A stretch of 63,625 nucleotides of DNA, filler included. It is 6 parts of 6 records of this genome, joined end to end, with 100 filler letters (N's around TTAATTAATTAA, not from the genome) between each part and the next. Parts side by side here need not be neighbours in the genome. Positions count along the whole stretch, not along the records: positions 18,960 to 30,711 come from DRR723986_10425; 5 more parts are not named here. The stretch is one strand, 5' to 3'. Every line of letters starts with the position of its first letter. The stretch's first letter is position 1. The notes under the pieces were generated by a model, which was not told where the DNA came from, searched no databases, and saw nothing but the letters and a program-made list of their open reading frames with translations. Below, in pieces: positions 18,960 through 28,185 of the stretch. The translations under genes were made by a program, and so were the position numbers.

Positions 18960-21934
18960 GCGTACTGACGGTGACGGCGATCGACCTGGAAGCAGGTACG
19001 CTGGATTACAGCTACACGCTGTCGGATAACACCAGTGGTGATGCCACCAAAGACACGTTCTCGGTTCGTGTAGAGGACGTGGATGGTGACTTTGCCGAGG
19101 ACACGCTGACGGTCGCAATCGTAGATGATGCGCCAGTCCTAGTGGCCGATACAGACAATGTGGCTTCTGAGTCGGCCGGCCCTGCAACGGGGAATGTGCT
19201 TACAGGTGATGAGGCGGACACGCTAGGCGCAGATGGTGGAACAGTTGTCGGTGTCGTCAAAGGTGGCGTTACGGGTACGGATACGGACAGCAGCGAAACT
19301 ATTTCAACCGATGGTACGGACAATGCTGTCGCCGGTGATTACGGTACCCTGACGATCAAGGCAGATGGTAGTTACAGCTATACGCGTGACTTGAGCATAC
19401 CGATTGACGACGGTGATACGGACACATTTGTGTACACGGTCAAGGATGGTGACGGTGATCTGAAATCAACCACAATCACAATTACCCTGGCTGATAATGA
19501 ACCGTCCGGTACCGATGCTTCTGCAATAACGCAGGATACAGAGGCGGCAGGTGACGCGGTCGATAGCGATACCGGGACACTGGATTTTCAGGACTTTACC
19601 GACGTCAGCTTCGTCTATGACGGTGGTCTTGGTGCCGCTACTGAATCGTCAGCTGCTGGTGTGACAACGTTTGCGGCCGATAACGGCTCCTGGACGCTTA
19701 CGATCAATGAGTCCACGGGTGCATTTACATTCACCCAGAATGACACCTATATCCATGATTCTGATGAGGATAGCGCTCAGGGGCAGATTACCGTCACCTT
19801 GACGGATGGCGATAATGATACAGCGTCACCAAAATTAACCCTGACCATTACGGATGCGGGCGTCACCGCTGTCGCTGACGAGAGCTCGGCCAACGAGCCC
19901 GGCTCGGCAGTTGGCAAGGAGAACCTGGTCCTTATCCTTGATCTTTCTGGCAGTATGGATTGGGACGAGGCCGGCAACGAATCTGGCGATCGTGACTTTG
20001 ATGGAACGACTCGTCTTGATCTGGCAAAGGCCGCGATCGCGGATCTTTTTGCCACCGGCAATGTCAACGCGGTATATATTGTGACCTTCTCCACCGATGC
20101 CGATAGTCTGAATGGCGGTAGCTGGTATACCGACCTTGACGCCGCGCTTACCGCAGTTGAGGCGCTTAGCGCAGGTGGTCGCACCAACTATGATGCAGCT
20201 CTTGAAGAGGCTATTAATTCACTTGATGCAGAGATATTCCCTGAAGGCGCGTCGGCTACCAAGGCTATTTTTCTTACTGACGGCGAGCCAAACGAGCCAG
20301 ATAACAGTGAGGGTATAAATTCGACAGAGGAAAGTGACTGGATTGACTTCCTTGTGAACAACGGTTTCGACGATGCTTACGCCGTCGGTTTTGGTGGGAT
20401 AGGCTCTGGAGAAATCTCAGAGCTTGAGCCAATCGCTGTCGATGTCGGAGCCGGCGAAACCGCAGGCACCTATGATGGAGGCACCGATGCCCAGGACGAC
20501 AATGTCATTATTGTGGCTCAGGGGGGGTCGATATCCGTTGGTCTCATCGAAACTCTGGATCCTGTGCCGGCAACCGGTAACGTGCTGGATAACGATACTG
20601 GCATCGAAGGGCCACTCTCACTGGCTGAGGTCAGCTATGATGGCCAGATGCATGATTTTGCAGTCGATGGTGCAACGGCGACCTTCACACTTGGCGACTA
20701 CGGCGAGGTCGAAATTTCCTCAGACGGCTCGTATAGCTTCTCGGTGACGGAAGACGTAGACAGCCTGGAAACCGCCGTTATCACCTATGTTGCGCAGGAT
20801 GCAGATAGTGATACTGCCTCGGCGACCTTGACCCTGCAGGCTGCACCACGGGTTTCAGTCGACAGCATCGTAGCGGGTGATGGGCGCCTTGCGGAGGCGG
20901 GAGAGACCTCGCAGTCATTTACGGTGAATCTGCAAAGCGCCCCTCTGGCGACGCAGAGCTTTGCCTTGACCTCGGCGGCCCTGGCATCCGGTGATGTTAC
21001 TGCCGCTGTCTCGGGTACTGGCGTGAGCTATGACTCCACCACCGGCATGGTGACTCTCCAGGCCGGCGTCACCTCCTTTGTGGTCACCCTGACCGCAGTC
21101 GATGACGCGGAAGAAGAGGGTGTCGAGCTGTCTTCGCTGTCGATTGGCGGCGCATCGGCAGACTTCTCTATTGCCGATGACGATCTTCACGTTCTGCGCG
21201 ATGCCACGGACGCCAATGAGACCCTGACCGGTGAAGATGGCACAGTAGATATCTTTACCTGGGAGCTTGCAGATGCACCAGATGCACCGCCTGCAGAGCC
21301 TACTACTACCACGTTTGACAAGCTCAAGGTTGAAGATGATGAAGAGGGAGCTGATCAGGAGAGTAAGGCCTTTGCTAGTCAGGACTTTACGGTTGATGGT
21401 GAGGGAACTCTGAGTTTTAAACTCAAGTTTGACGAATTTGATGATGAGGACGATTACGTAAGCTGGAAGTTGCTTAATGAATCGAACGAAGAGGTAGCTG
21501 GTGGTTATTATGATGAGGATGATGAAAGGGAGATTTCTGTCGAGGTATCCAATCTAGAGTCTGGAAGTTACACGCTCGCTTTGGAAGTAAATGGCTATGA
21601 AGATAAAGCCAAAGGTCAAATAAAGGATCTGACGTTGACGGATGATCCGGGCAATTCTTCGGCCGCAGCATCCCACGCCGATATCGTCGCAGGCTTCAAC
21701 CCGGAAGAGGACGTGCTTAACTTCTCAGATCTGCTGTCGGATCCGGATGCGGAGGTTTCATTCTCGGAGGCTGGCGGATCTACCACCATCACCATTACCA
21801 ACGTCACAGACGCGGGTACCAGCCAGAGCATCACGCTGGATGGTGTGGGCCAGGCTGAACTGGAAGCGGCTCTGTCTCCCGGCGTGAATCTTGCCGACCT
21901 GCTCAATAGCGGGTCCTACTCGTCGTCAGATTGA
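18960..21934 (+). CDS. C-terminal part of a giant T1SS-secreted adhesin (LapA/BpfA-like): Ig-like repeats, VWA, Calx-beta-like, T1SS C-terminal target domain; 5' truncated
   Basis: Very acidic; repeated 'D.DGD...TL.I.I.D..P' units, 'GNVL..D', VWA MIDAS 'DLSGS..T..TDGEP', terminal 'DVLNFSDLL...QSITLDGV'. Confidence 0.88.
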
Positions 21935-22075
21935 GGGCTGTTATAGCGGTTGGCCTGAGCGTGAGACGTCGTGCAGTTGGTGCATAAGTCGACTATCGAC
22001 GCCTGATCGTTCTGGGCTATGATCAATCCTCGTCATCCTCTGGATGGCGGGGATTTTTGCTTTTGGGGGTAGGCG

Positions 22076-22393
22076 ATGCCGTATGTAAAACGCAATGCAC
22101 AGGGCGAGATAGAAGCCATCAGCCAGAGCCAGGACGAGGGCTTTGATGACCTGGTGCCTGCCGATAGCCCGGAGCTGAGCGCCTTCTTGCAGAGCATAGG
22201 TCATGCAGACTCGCAGCTCAGCGCGACCGACCAGAACTTCGTCCGTGTGCTGGAAGACGTGGTGGAATTGCTGATCGACAAGGGAGTGATCCTGTTTACC
22301 GAGCTGCCTGACTCAGCCCAGCAGAAAATGCTGCATCGCCAGCGTCTGCGCAGCAAGATGGGCAACAACCTGGATTTACTCGGCGACGACTGA
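22076..22393 (+). CDS. Conserved small protein of Lap/T1SS loci (often auto-annotated 'tryptophan synthase subunit beta-like')
   Basis: 'MPYVKRNAQGEI', 'D..FVRVLEDVVELLI.KGVI.FTELP..AQQKM..R..LR' pattern; location between adhesin and lapD. Confidence 0.75.
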   Translation: MPYVKRNAQGEIEAISQSQDEGFDDLVPADSPELSAFLQSIGHADSQLSATDQNFVRVLEDVVELLIDKGVILFTELPDSAQQKMLHRQRLRSKMGNNLDLLGDD

Positions 22394-22412
22394 TTGCCCG
22401 AGGCAAGAATAC

Positions 22413-22441
22413 AAAAGGGGTGCCGTGGCACCCCTTTTTTT
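22413..22441. terminator. Bidirectional rho-independent terminator
   Basis: AAAAGGGGTGCC-GT-GGCACCCCTTTTTTT between convergent genes. Confidence 0.85.
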
Positions 22442-22486
22442 GTAGGCCGCCGGTGGGAGTTATCTCCCGACGATAGCCTGGCTCTA

Positions 22487-24406
22487 TCAGGCCTGAGGCA
22501 GGCTAACACCCGGGCCGGTAGCACCGTCCGCACCCACTTCCTTCAGGGTGGCCCACTCTTCGTCGGTCCGTACGCCCTCTGCAATGACAATCAGGCCGAT
22601 AGAATGGCCCACCGTGCACAGGGTGCGCAGCAGGGTCTGGTTGGCGGCATTCTCGTCGATACCGCGGACGAAGGTCGCCTCGATCTTGAGGTAGTCGATG
22701 CCGATGTCGCTCAGCTTGCCCAGTTCGGCCAGCTGGTGTCCCACGTGCTCGATACCCACGTGGCAGCCGTACTCCTTCGCGCGACCGGCAAGCTTGCGGA
22801 AATTCTCCAGGTGGCGGAAGGCCATGGACTCGGGAATTTCTATCCACAGCTTGCCGGCAGCTGCAGCATGGGCCGACATCTTATCGCTGAACCAGCTGAC
22901 GAAGTCCGGTTCAACCACCGCGGCCACCGAGAGATTGACACAGATCGGCTCGCCAACGGTCTCGATGGTCTTCAGCGCCATGGTGATGACCTCCTTGTCT
23001 AACTGGTAGGAAAGCTCCAGGCGGTTAATCCAGGGCAGGAACGCGCCCGCCGACAGGGTGTCACCCTCCCACTGCAACCTTACCGGCGCTTCGTAGTGCA
23101 GTAACTGGCCTTCCAGACCGATCACCGGATAGGAGTCCAGCCTGAACAGGTGCTGGCTGAATGCCTGCTCGAAAATATTGCGCCAGTCGTCCATCTGTTC
23201 GCGGATCGGCTTCATCTGTACATCGCCCTTATTGGCGACGCTGATCTGGGAGGCGTCTTCACTGTCGGCGGCCAGCAGCGCCCCGTCAAGGCGGGTCATC
23301 AGGCTGCCGATGGTGTCGCCGTGGACGAAGATGGTCGTTGCGCCGGGCGTCTTGACCGATTCCATGCCATGCGACTCAAGTGCCTCGCGAATGGCATCAC
23401 GCGCCTCGTTGGCGGCGGCCAGAGGATCAACCGCCCTCGGTGCCAGCAGCGCAAAGTCGGAGCCGTTAAGTCGCGATGCAGCCCAGCGGCTGTGTGACAT
23501 GGTGATCCGGGTGAAGGCCTTACCAACGTCCTTGAGCATGTTATCGATCGCCTTGCGACCGTAAACCTGGTTCAACTGGGCGAGGCCGCGCAGGCGGATC
23601 AGGCTGAGGCTGCCGGTGGAGTTGACGTCGTCACTCTGCAAGGTGGCGTCCAGGGTCTCCATGAACGGATCGCGGTTCATCAGGCCGGTTACCTTGTCGA
23701 CATGGGCTTCCCGCTGCCATTTCTCCAGGCGCTTGGCTTCCTGGCTCAGCATCTGCTTGATGCGCCCGGACAGGTTGTTCATGGCGCTCACAACCTGCTT
23801 GAATTCCAGGGTGTAGGGCTCGGGAATGGTGATGAAGCGCCGGTCACCGATCGCCTGGGCCTGGTCCACCACCTCGCTCAGCGGGCGCAGGATAATCTTC
23901 AGCAGGTAGCTGCCCAGGGCTCCGGCCAGGACCATGGCAATGAAGAACACGATGGCCAGCTTAACGGTGCTCTGCCACAGTTCCTTGTAAGCGAACTTGG
24001 AGTGGCTGCGCAGGGTGATGGTGCCGAGCTGCTGCCAACCCTTTTGCACGGAGGCAATGCCCGGCTCTACCTCGATCGCGAACAGGCGGATGAACCACTT
24101 GGGCGCGTCCTCAACCGGCTTGGTGTCCTCGCGGAAAATGGTCACGGTGCCCTCCGGGTCCGCGAGCTGGATCATCTCGTAGAAGCCGGTATCGAACTGG
24201 GCCGACAGGGTGAGCTCGAGCAGAACCTCATCGGCCCCTTGCTGGGTCAGGGACAGCGCCAGGGCGTTGGCGTTGTCTGCGTTCTTCATGCTCAGCTGCT
24301 GCTCGAGGTAGTTCTTGGCCGAGAGACTGCTCACCACGAAGCTGCCGCTGAACACGAGAGTCAGCAGCAGCACGATAGCCAGCCAGAGTTGTTTGAATAG
24401 TGACAT
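22487..24406 (-). CDS. lapD: LapD-type c-di-GMP receptor (periplasmic LapD/MoxY domain, HAMP, degenerate GGDEF and EAL)
   Basis: 'MSLFKQLWL', 'FDTGFY', 'APKWF'; GGDEF replaced by NGSDF; EAL as 'EAPVRL'; 'IEHVG' in place of DDFG. Confidence 0.9.
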   Translation of the reverse strand: MSLFKQLWLAIVLLLTLVFSGSFVVSSLSAKNYLEQQLSMKNADNANALALSLTQQGADEVLLELTLSAQFDTGFYEMIQLADPEGTVTIFREDTKPVEDAPKWFIRLFAIEVEPGIASVQKGWQQLGTITLRSHSKFAYKELWQSTVKLAIVFFIAMVLAGALGSYLLKIILRPLSEVVDQAQAIGDRRFITIPEPYTLEFKQVVSAMNNLSGRIKQMLSQEAKRLEKWQREAHVDKVTGLMNRDPFMETLDATLQSDDVNSTGSLSLIRLRGLAQLNQVYGRKAIDNMLKDVGKAFTRITMSHSRWAASRLNGSDFALLAPRAVDPLAAANEARDAIREALESHGMESVKTPGATTIFVHGDTIGSLMTRLDGALLAADSEDASQISVANKGDVQMKPIREQMDDWRNIFEQAFSQHLFRLDSYPVIGLEGQLLHYEAPVRLQWEGDTLSAGAFLPWINRLELSYQLDKEVITMALKTIETVGEPICVNLSVAAVVEPDFVSWFSDKMSAHAAAAGKLWIEIPESMAFRHLENFRKLAGRAKEYGCHVGIEHVGHQLAELGKLSDIGIDYLKIEATFVRGIDENAANQTLLRTLCTVGHSIGLIVIAEGVRTDEEWATLKEVGADGATGPGVSLPQA

Positions 24407-24428
24407 CGTCAGTCTCCTTGTGGACGGG

Positions 24429-25124
24429 CTAGCCCAGCCCTTCCGCTGATGCCCGGGCTAGCAGGTCGCGCCAGCGCGAGAGCTTGGCCCCAGGGTCCTT
24501 GGTTGCCGGCGCCGCAGCGCCTCCTACCCACAGGCCGTTACTGTTAAAGCCGAATACCGGGGTGAGGTCGGGCCGCATCGAGGCGGGGCGAATTTCCATT
24601 ACGAGGTTATCGAGAATTTTCGGGTCGGCACCGGGCAAGGGGTAGAAAGCCAGCACCATGTGGGCGGCGTGCACCTTGCTATAGGGGCCACCGATCTTGG
24701 CCTTGACGTAGGTGATGCGGAGCTTGTTCATCTCCACGCCGGTCAGCAGCAGCGTAGCGTACTTGGCGATGGCGAAGTCTTCACAGTCACCCTTGCGATA
24801 ACCCATGACTTCCAGCGGGGTTGCCCAGTAGTCCTTATCGCCCCAGGCCTGGGGATCTTCCATCCAGCGGATACGGGTGTTGAAGAAGTCATTGACCAGC
24901 ACGATCTTCTGGTCGTCGGTCATGCCCTGGGCTTTGTCGATGGTGGCGCGCCAGTCAGCGATGGTGTTGGCGGCCTGCTGCCCGTATCGGGTCAGGGCCA
25001 GATTCTGCATTTTGTCGAGGTCGGGCGCGGCCAGCACCAGCCCGAGCCCACCAGCCAGCAGCAGGCCCAGCAGGCTGCACAGCAGTCCACGGCGGTACGA
25101 AGGCATGGTGACGCGTTTCAGCAT
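24429..25124 (-). CDS. lapG: LapG transglutaminase-like cysteine protease (C93)
   Basis: Signal peptide, 'VNDFFN', 'WGDKDYWATPLE', 'GDCEDFAIAKY', 'AHMVL', 'ILDNL'. Confidence 0.93.
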   Translation of the reverse strand: MLKRVTMPSYRRGLLCSLLGLLLAGGLGLVLAAPDLDKMQNLALTRYGQQAANTIADWRATIDKAQGMTDDQKIVLVNDFFNTRIRWMEDPQAWGDKDYWATPLEVMGYRKGDCEDFAIAKYATLLLTGVEMNKLRITYVKAKIGGPYSKVHAAHMVLAFYPLPGADPKILDNLVMEIRPASMRPDLTPVFGFNSNGLWVGGAAAPATKDPGAKLSRWRDLLARASAEGLG

Positions 25125-25265
25125 GCGGTATTGGTTGTAGCCCTTGGTCCGAAGTTCTCTGTCGCCGGGAATGTGATCGGCAGGTACAGTTTGAAGGGTG
25201 AGTGTAGTCCAAAAATCGCAAGTTACCTATCTGGGCATTCCCCGGGGGTATCCACCCTCAGTTTA

Positions 25266-25281
25266 TGTGACGTAGTTCACA
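25266..25281. promoter_or_regulatory. CRP/Vfr-type binding site between divergent lapG and the TolC gene
   Basis: Perfect TGTGA-CGTAGT-TCACA in AT-rich flanks; TATACT -10-like hexamer at 25324-25329 facing the TolC gene. Confidence 0.65.
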
Positions 25282-25396
25282 TTATTTAAAAAAATGTAAA
25301 ATTTGCTTTTCCCTATCATGACCTATACTAATGACGCAAAGAACAAGCGCCTGAAGCCATTGAAACTTCGGGCTTTAATTCGTGGGGAGAAATTCA

Positions 25397-27259
25397 ATGA
25401 AAAGGAAGCAGAGTTTTATAGCTGCTGTGGTCGTGGCCGCCAGTGCACTGAGTACCGGCGTTAGGGCAGAAATTGCCACATTCGAAGAAGCCCTGAAAAC
25501 GGCCGTTGGCTTCAGCCCGGCGGTGAATGCTGCATGGTACAACTTCATGGCGACCAGCGAGGCCAGGAGAGCCGCCCAGGGAGGGTACTTCCCCAGCGTT
25601 GACCTGTATGCCGACGCCGGCCGCGAGGAGCGTGAGACGCCGCTGGTCGACTTTGGCGACTATTCCCGCGATGCGGTACGCCTGAGCGTCACCCAGATGC
25701 TGTTTGACGGCTTCGATACCCGCGAGACTGTCCGTGCCCTTGGCTTCGACAAGCTGTCCCAGTATTACGAACTCCAGCGCGCCTCCCAGGAAGCAGCGCT
25801 GGAAGCAGCCCAGGCTTACCTTGATACCGTGCGCTACCAGCAGTTGGTGTCCTATGCCAAGGACAACTACGTGGTACACCGCCAGGTATACGACAAGATC
25901 GCCGAGCGTACCGGCGGCGGTGTCAGCCAGGGGGTTGACCTTGAGCAGGCCGCAGCGCGTATCGCGCTGGCGGAGTCCAACCTGCTGACAGAAATGACCA
26001 ACCTGCACGATGTCCAGACCCGCTTCCAGCGTGTGGTGGGCCAGATGCCGGCGGAAGACCTGCCGATCCCGGCCGTGCCAACCGGCATGATTCCGGGCAT
26101 GCGTGACGCAGCGCTGCAGCTGGCTTATGAGCAGAGCCCGCAGATCGATGCCGCGATTGAGAACCTGCGCTCGGCGCAGGCCCAGGTAAACCGGACCAAC
26201 GCGCCTATGATGCCGCGCCTTGATCTGCGCTACCGCAACGAGGTGGAGCATGATACCGACGGTATCGACGGCCGCTTCGACATTGAAGCCATCGAACTGG
26301 TGCTGTCTTACAACCTGTTCCGTGGCGGTGCCGACAGTGCCCGCAAGCGCGAGTTCTACAACCTGTACAACGCGGCCATCGAGGAGCGCAAGCAGGCTTG
26401 CCTGAACGTACGCCAGAACACGATGATTGCGTTCAACGATATCAAGGCACTGGAAGAGCAGGTAATGTTCCTGAACAACCAGCTGCTGTCGCAGGACAAA
26501 ACCCGCCGTGCCTATACCGACCAGTTCGACCTGGGCCAGCGTACCCTGCTCGACCTGTTGGACTCCCAGAACGAATACTTCGACGCCCAGCGCGCGGCCA
26601 TGACTGCCCGTACCAACCTGATGAGCGCCCAGGCCCGCACCCTGGCCAATATGGGCCTGCTGACCCAGGCGATGAGCATGGAAGGGTTCAACGAGCAGGA
26701 AATTGCCGAGATGAACCTGGAGCTGTCACGGGGTGACGATCCCAACGGTGAGGCCCTGTGCCCGCCGGAAGCACCCAATGAAGTATTCATCGACAAGGAA
26801 GCCCTGTTCGCCGAGCTGTATGGCAGCAATACCGGTGACGCCGCCATGGCAACCGGTGCGGTCGGCGCGCTTGCCGCTGGCAGCGCTCGCTACCGCACTG
26901 CCGGGGAAAACATCGTCGGTGTTGACCTGAATGTCCTGTTCGAACTGAACTCTTCTGTTATCAGCAGTGCCTGGGATGACGAAATTTCCCGCATCGCCGA
27001 TGTGATCAAGGAGAACCCGGGCGTCGATGCGATCGTCGAGGGCCATACCGACACGACCGGTACCCCCGAGTACAATATGTGGCTGTCGGAGCGTCGTGCC
27101 AATGCGGTGCGTAAGCTGCTGATCGAGAAGCACGGTATTCCCGAGGCGCAGCTCAAGGCTGTAGGCTTTGGCCAGACCCAGCCGCGTGCCGATAACGACA
27201 CCCGGGAAGGTCGCGCCCAGAACCGTCGCGTTGAGCTCTATATGCGCGATGGCAGCTAA
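25397..27259 (+). CDS. lapE: TolC-family T1SS outer membrane protein (LapE/AggA-like) fused to a C-terminal OmpA-like peptidoglycan-binding domain
   Basis: Signal peptide, 'GYFPSVDL', 'QMLFDGF', 'GQRTLLDLLDSQNEYF'; C-terminal 'EGHTD..G..EYNMWLSERRA', 'GRAQNRRVE'. Confidence 0.88.
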   Translation: MKRKQSFIAAVVVAASALSTGVRAEIATFEEALKTAVGFSPAVNAAWYNFMATSEARRAAQGGYFPSVDLYADAGREERETPLVDFGDYSRDAVRLSVTQMLFDGFDTRETVRALGFDKLSQYYELQRASQEAALEAAQAYLDTVRYQQLVSYAKDNYVVHRQVYDKIAERTGGGVSQGVDLEQAAARIALAESNLLTEMTNLHDVQTRFQRVVGQMPAEDLPIPAVPTGMIPGMRDAALQLAYEQSPQIDAAIENLRSAQAQVNRTNAPMMPRLDLRYRNEVEHDTDGIDGRFDIEAIELVLSYNLFRGGADSARKREFYNLYNAAIEERKQACLNVRQNTMIAFNDIKALEEQVMFLNNQLLSQDKTRRAYTDQFDLGQRTLLDLLDSQNEYFDAQRAAMTARTNLMSAQARTLANMGLLTQAMSMEGFNEQEIAEMNLELSRGDDPNGEALCPPEAPNEVFIDKEALFAELYGSNTGDAAMATGAVGALAAGSARYRTAGENIVGVDLNVLFELNSSVISSAWDDEISRIADVIKENPGVDAIVEGHTDTTGTPEYNMWLSERRANAVRKLLIEKHGIPEAQLKAVGFGQTQPRADNDTREGRAQNRRVELYMRDGS

Positions 27260-27284
27260 TAGCCACCGTTAAGGCAGTATCCTG

Positions 27285-27311
27285 AAAGGCGGCCAATTGG
27301 CCGCCTTTTTT
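27285..27311. terminator. Rho-independent terminator (probably bidirectional)
   Basis: AAAGGCGGCCA-AT-TGGCCGCCTTTTTT. Confidence 0.85.
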
Positions 27312-27359
27312 GTTGTCTGGAAGGTGGTGAGTGTGCCGTTCAGCAGCGCTTCGTGATGC

Positions 27360-28028
27360 CTATACCGAGCAAGCGGCAATCCTGCTCAGGTGACTGTAGG
27401 GCAGGCCGCTTTCCTTATGCCACTGGTTGAACGCGGCCTGGATCAGCTTCAACTCCTGCTGGGTGCCCGGTGTGTCGGTGATATCCAGCCCCGCACGGCG
27501 CAGACACTTCACGATATCACCGGTCAGTACAAAGGTGTCCTTGCCCATGTTGCGCAGGACGCGTTGTCCGCTCATACCGCCGAGCCGGGCACCTCGTTTC
27601 TTGAACAGGGCAAAGAGGCCGATCAGGTCCTCGGATGGCCAGCGTGATACCAGTTTCCCGAAGCTGCCATGCTCCTTGCTCACGTCCAGAATCCATTGTG
27701 CATTGTGCTGGATAGTCAGCACTTTCTGCCGGTTGCGGATGATGCGCGGGTTCTGGCAGATGCGGTCGATCTGATCGGGGCTCAGGAGCACGACCTTTTC
27801 CGGCGGGAAACCGAAGAAGATGTCCTCGAAGTCATCCCACTTCTGGTTGACCACGCGCCATACGAAGCCTGCCTGGAAAATGCAGCGGGTCATTTCGGCA
27901 AGCCAGCGATCGTCCCGGGTAGCTGAGAGGGCTCTCGCACTGCGCACCTGCGGCATCATCCGTTCCAGTGCTTTATTGCCGCCGTGTTTTTCTGCGGCGC
28001 GGTGGTGAATCGATGCAAATTTTTCCAT
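27360..28028 (-). CDS. DNA-3-methyladenine glycosylase I family protein
   Basis: 'DDRWLAEMTRCIFQAGFVWRVV..KW..FE..F.GF', 'IIRNRQKV'. Confidence 0.85.
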   Translation of the reverse strand: MEKFASIHHRAAEKHGGNKALERMMPQVRSARALSATRDDRWLAEMTRCIFQAGFVWRVVNQKWDDFEDIFFGFPPEKVVLLSPDQIDRICQNPRIIRNRQKVLTIQHNAQWILDVSKEHGSFGKLVSRWPSEDLIGLFALFKKRGARLGGMSGQRVLRNMGKDTFVLTGDIVKCLRRAGLDITDTPGTQQELKLIQAAFNQWHKESGLPYSHLSRIAACSV

Positions 28029-28139
28029 GAGTCAGTCCGTGTCATCCGGTCCAGTTACTGGCAAGGGCAGCGTGCCGATACCTTACGGAACTCTGTCGTT
28101 ATGCGCGTGGCATCAAAGCTTAGCAGCTTTCTCACAGGC

Positions 28140-28170
28140 AAAAAAAAGCCCGCATCGCTGCGGGCTTTTT
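28140..28170 (-). terminator. Rho-independent terminator of the TonB receptor gene
   Basis: AAAAAAAAGCCCGCA-TCGC-TGCGGGCTTTTT. Confidence 0.85.
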
Positions 28171-28185
28171 GCTTTGTGCTCAGGC

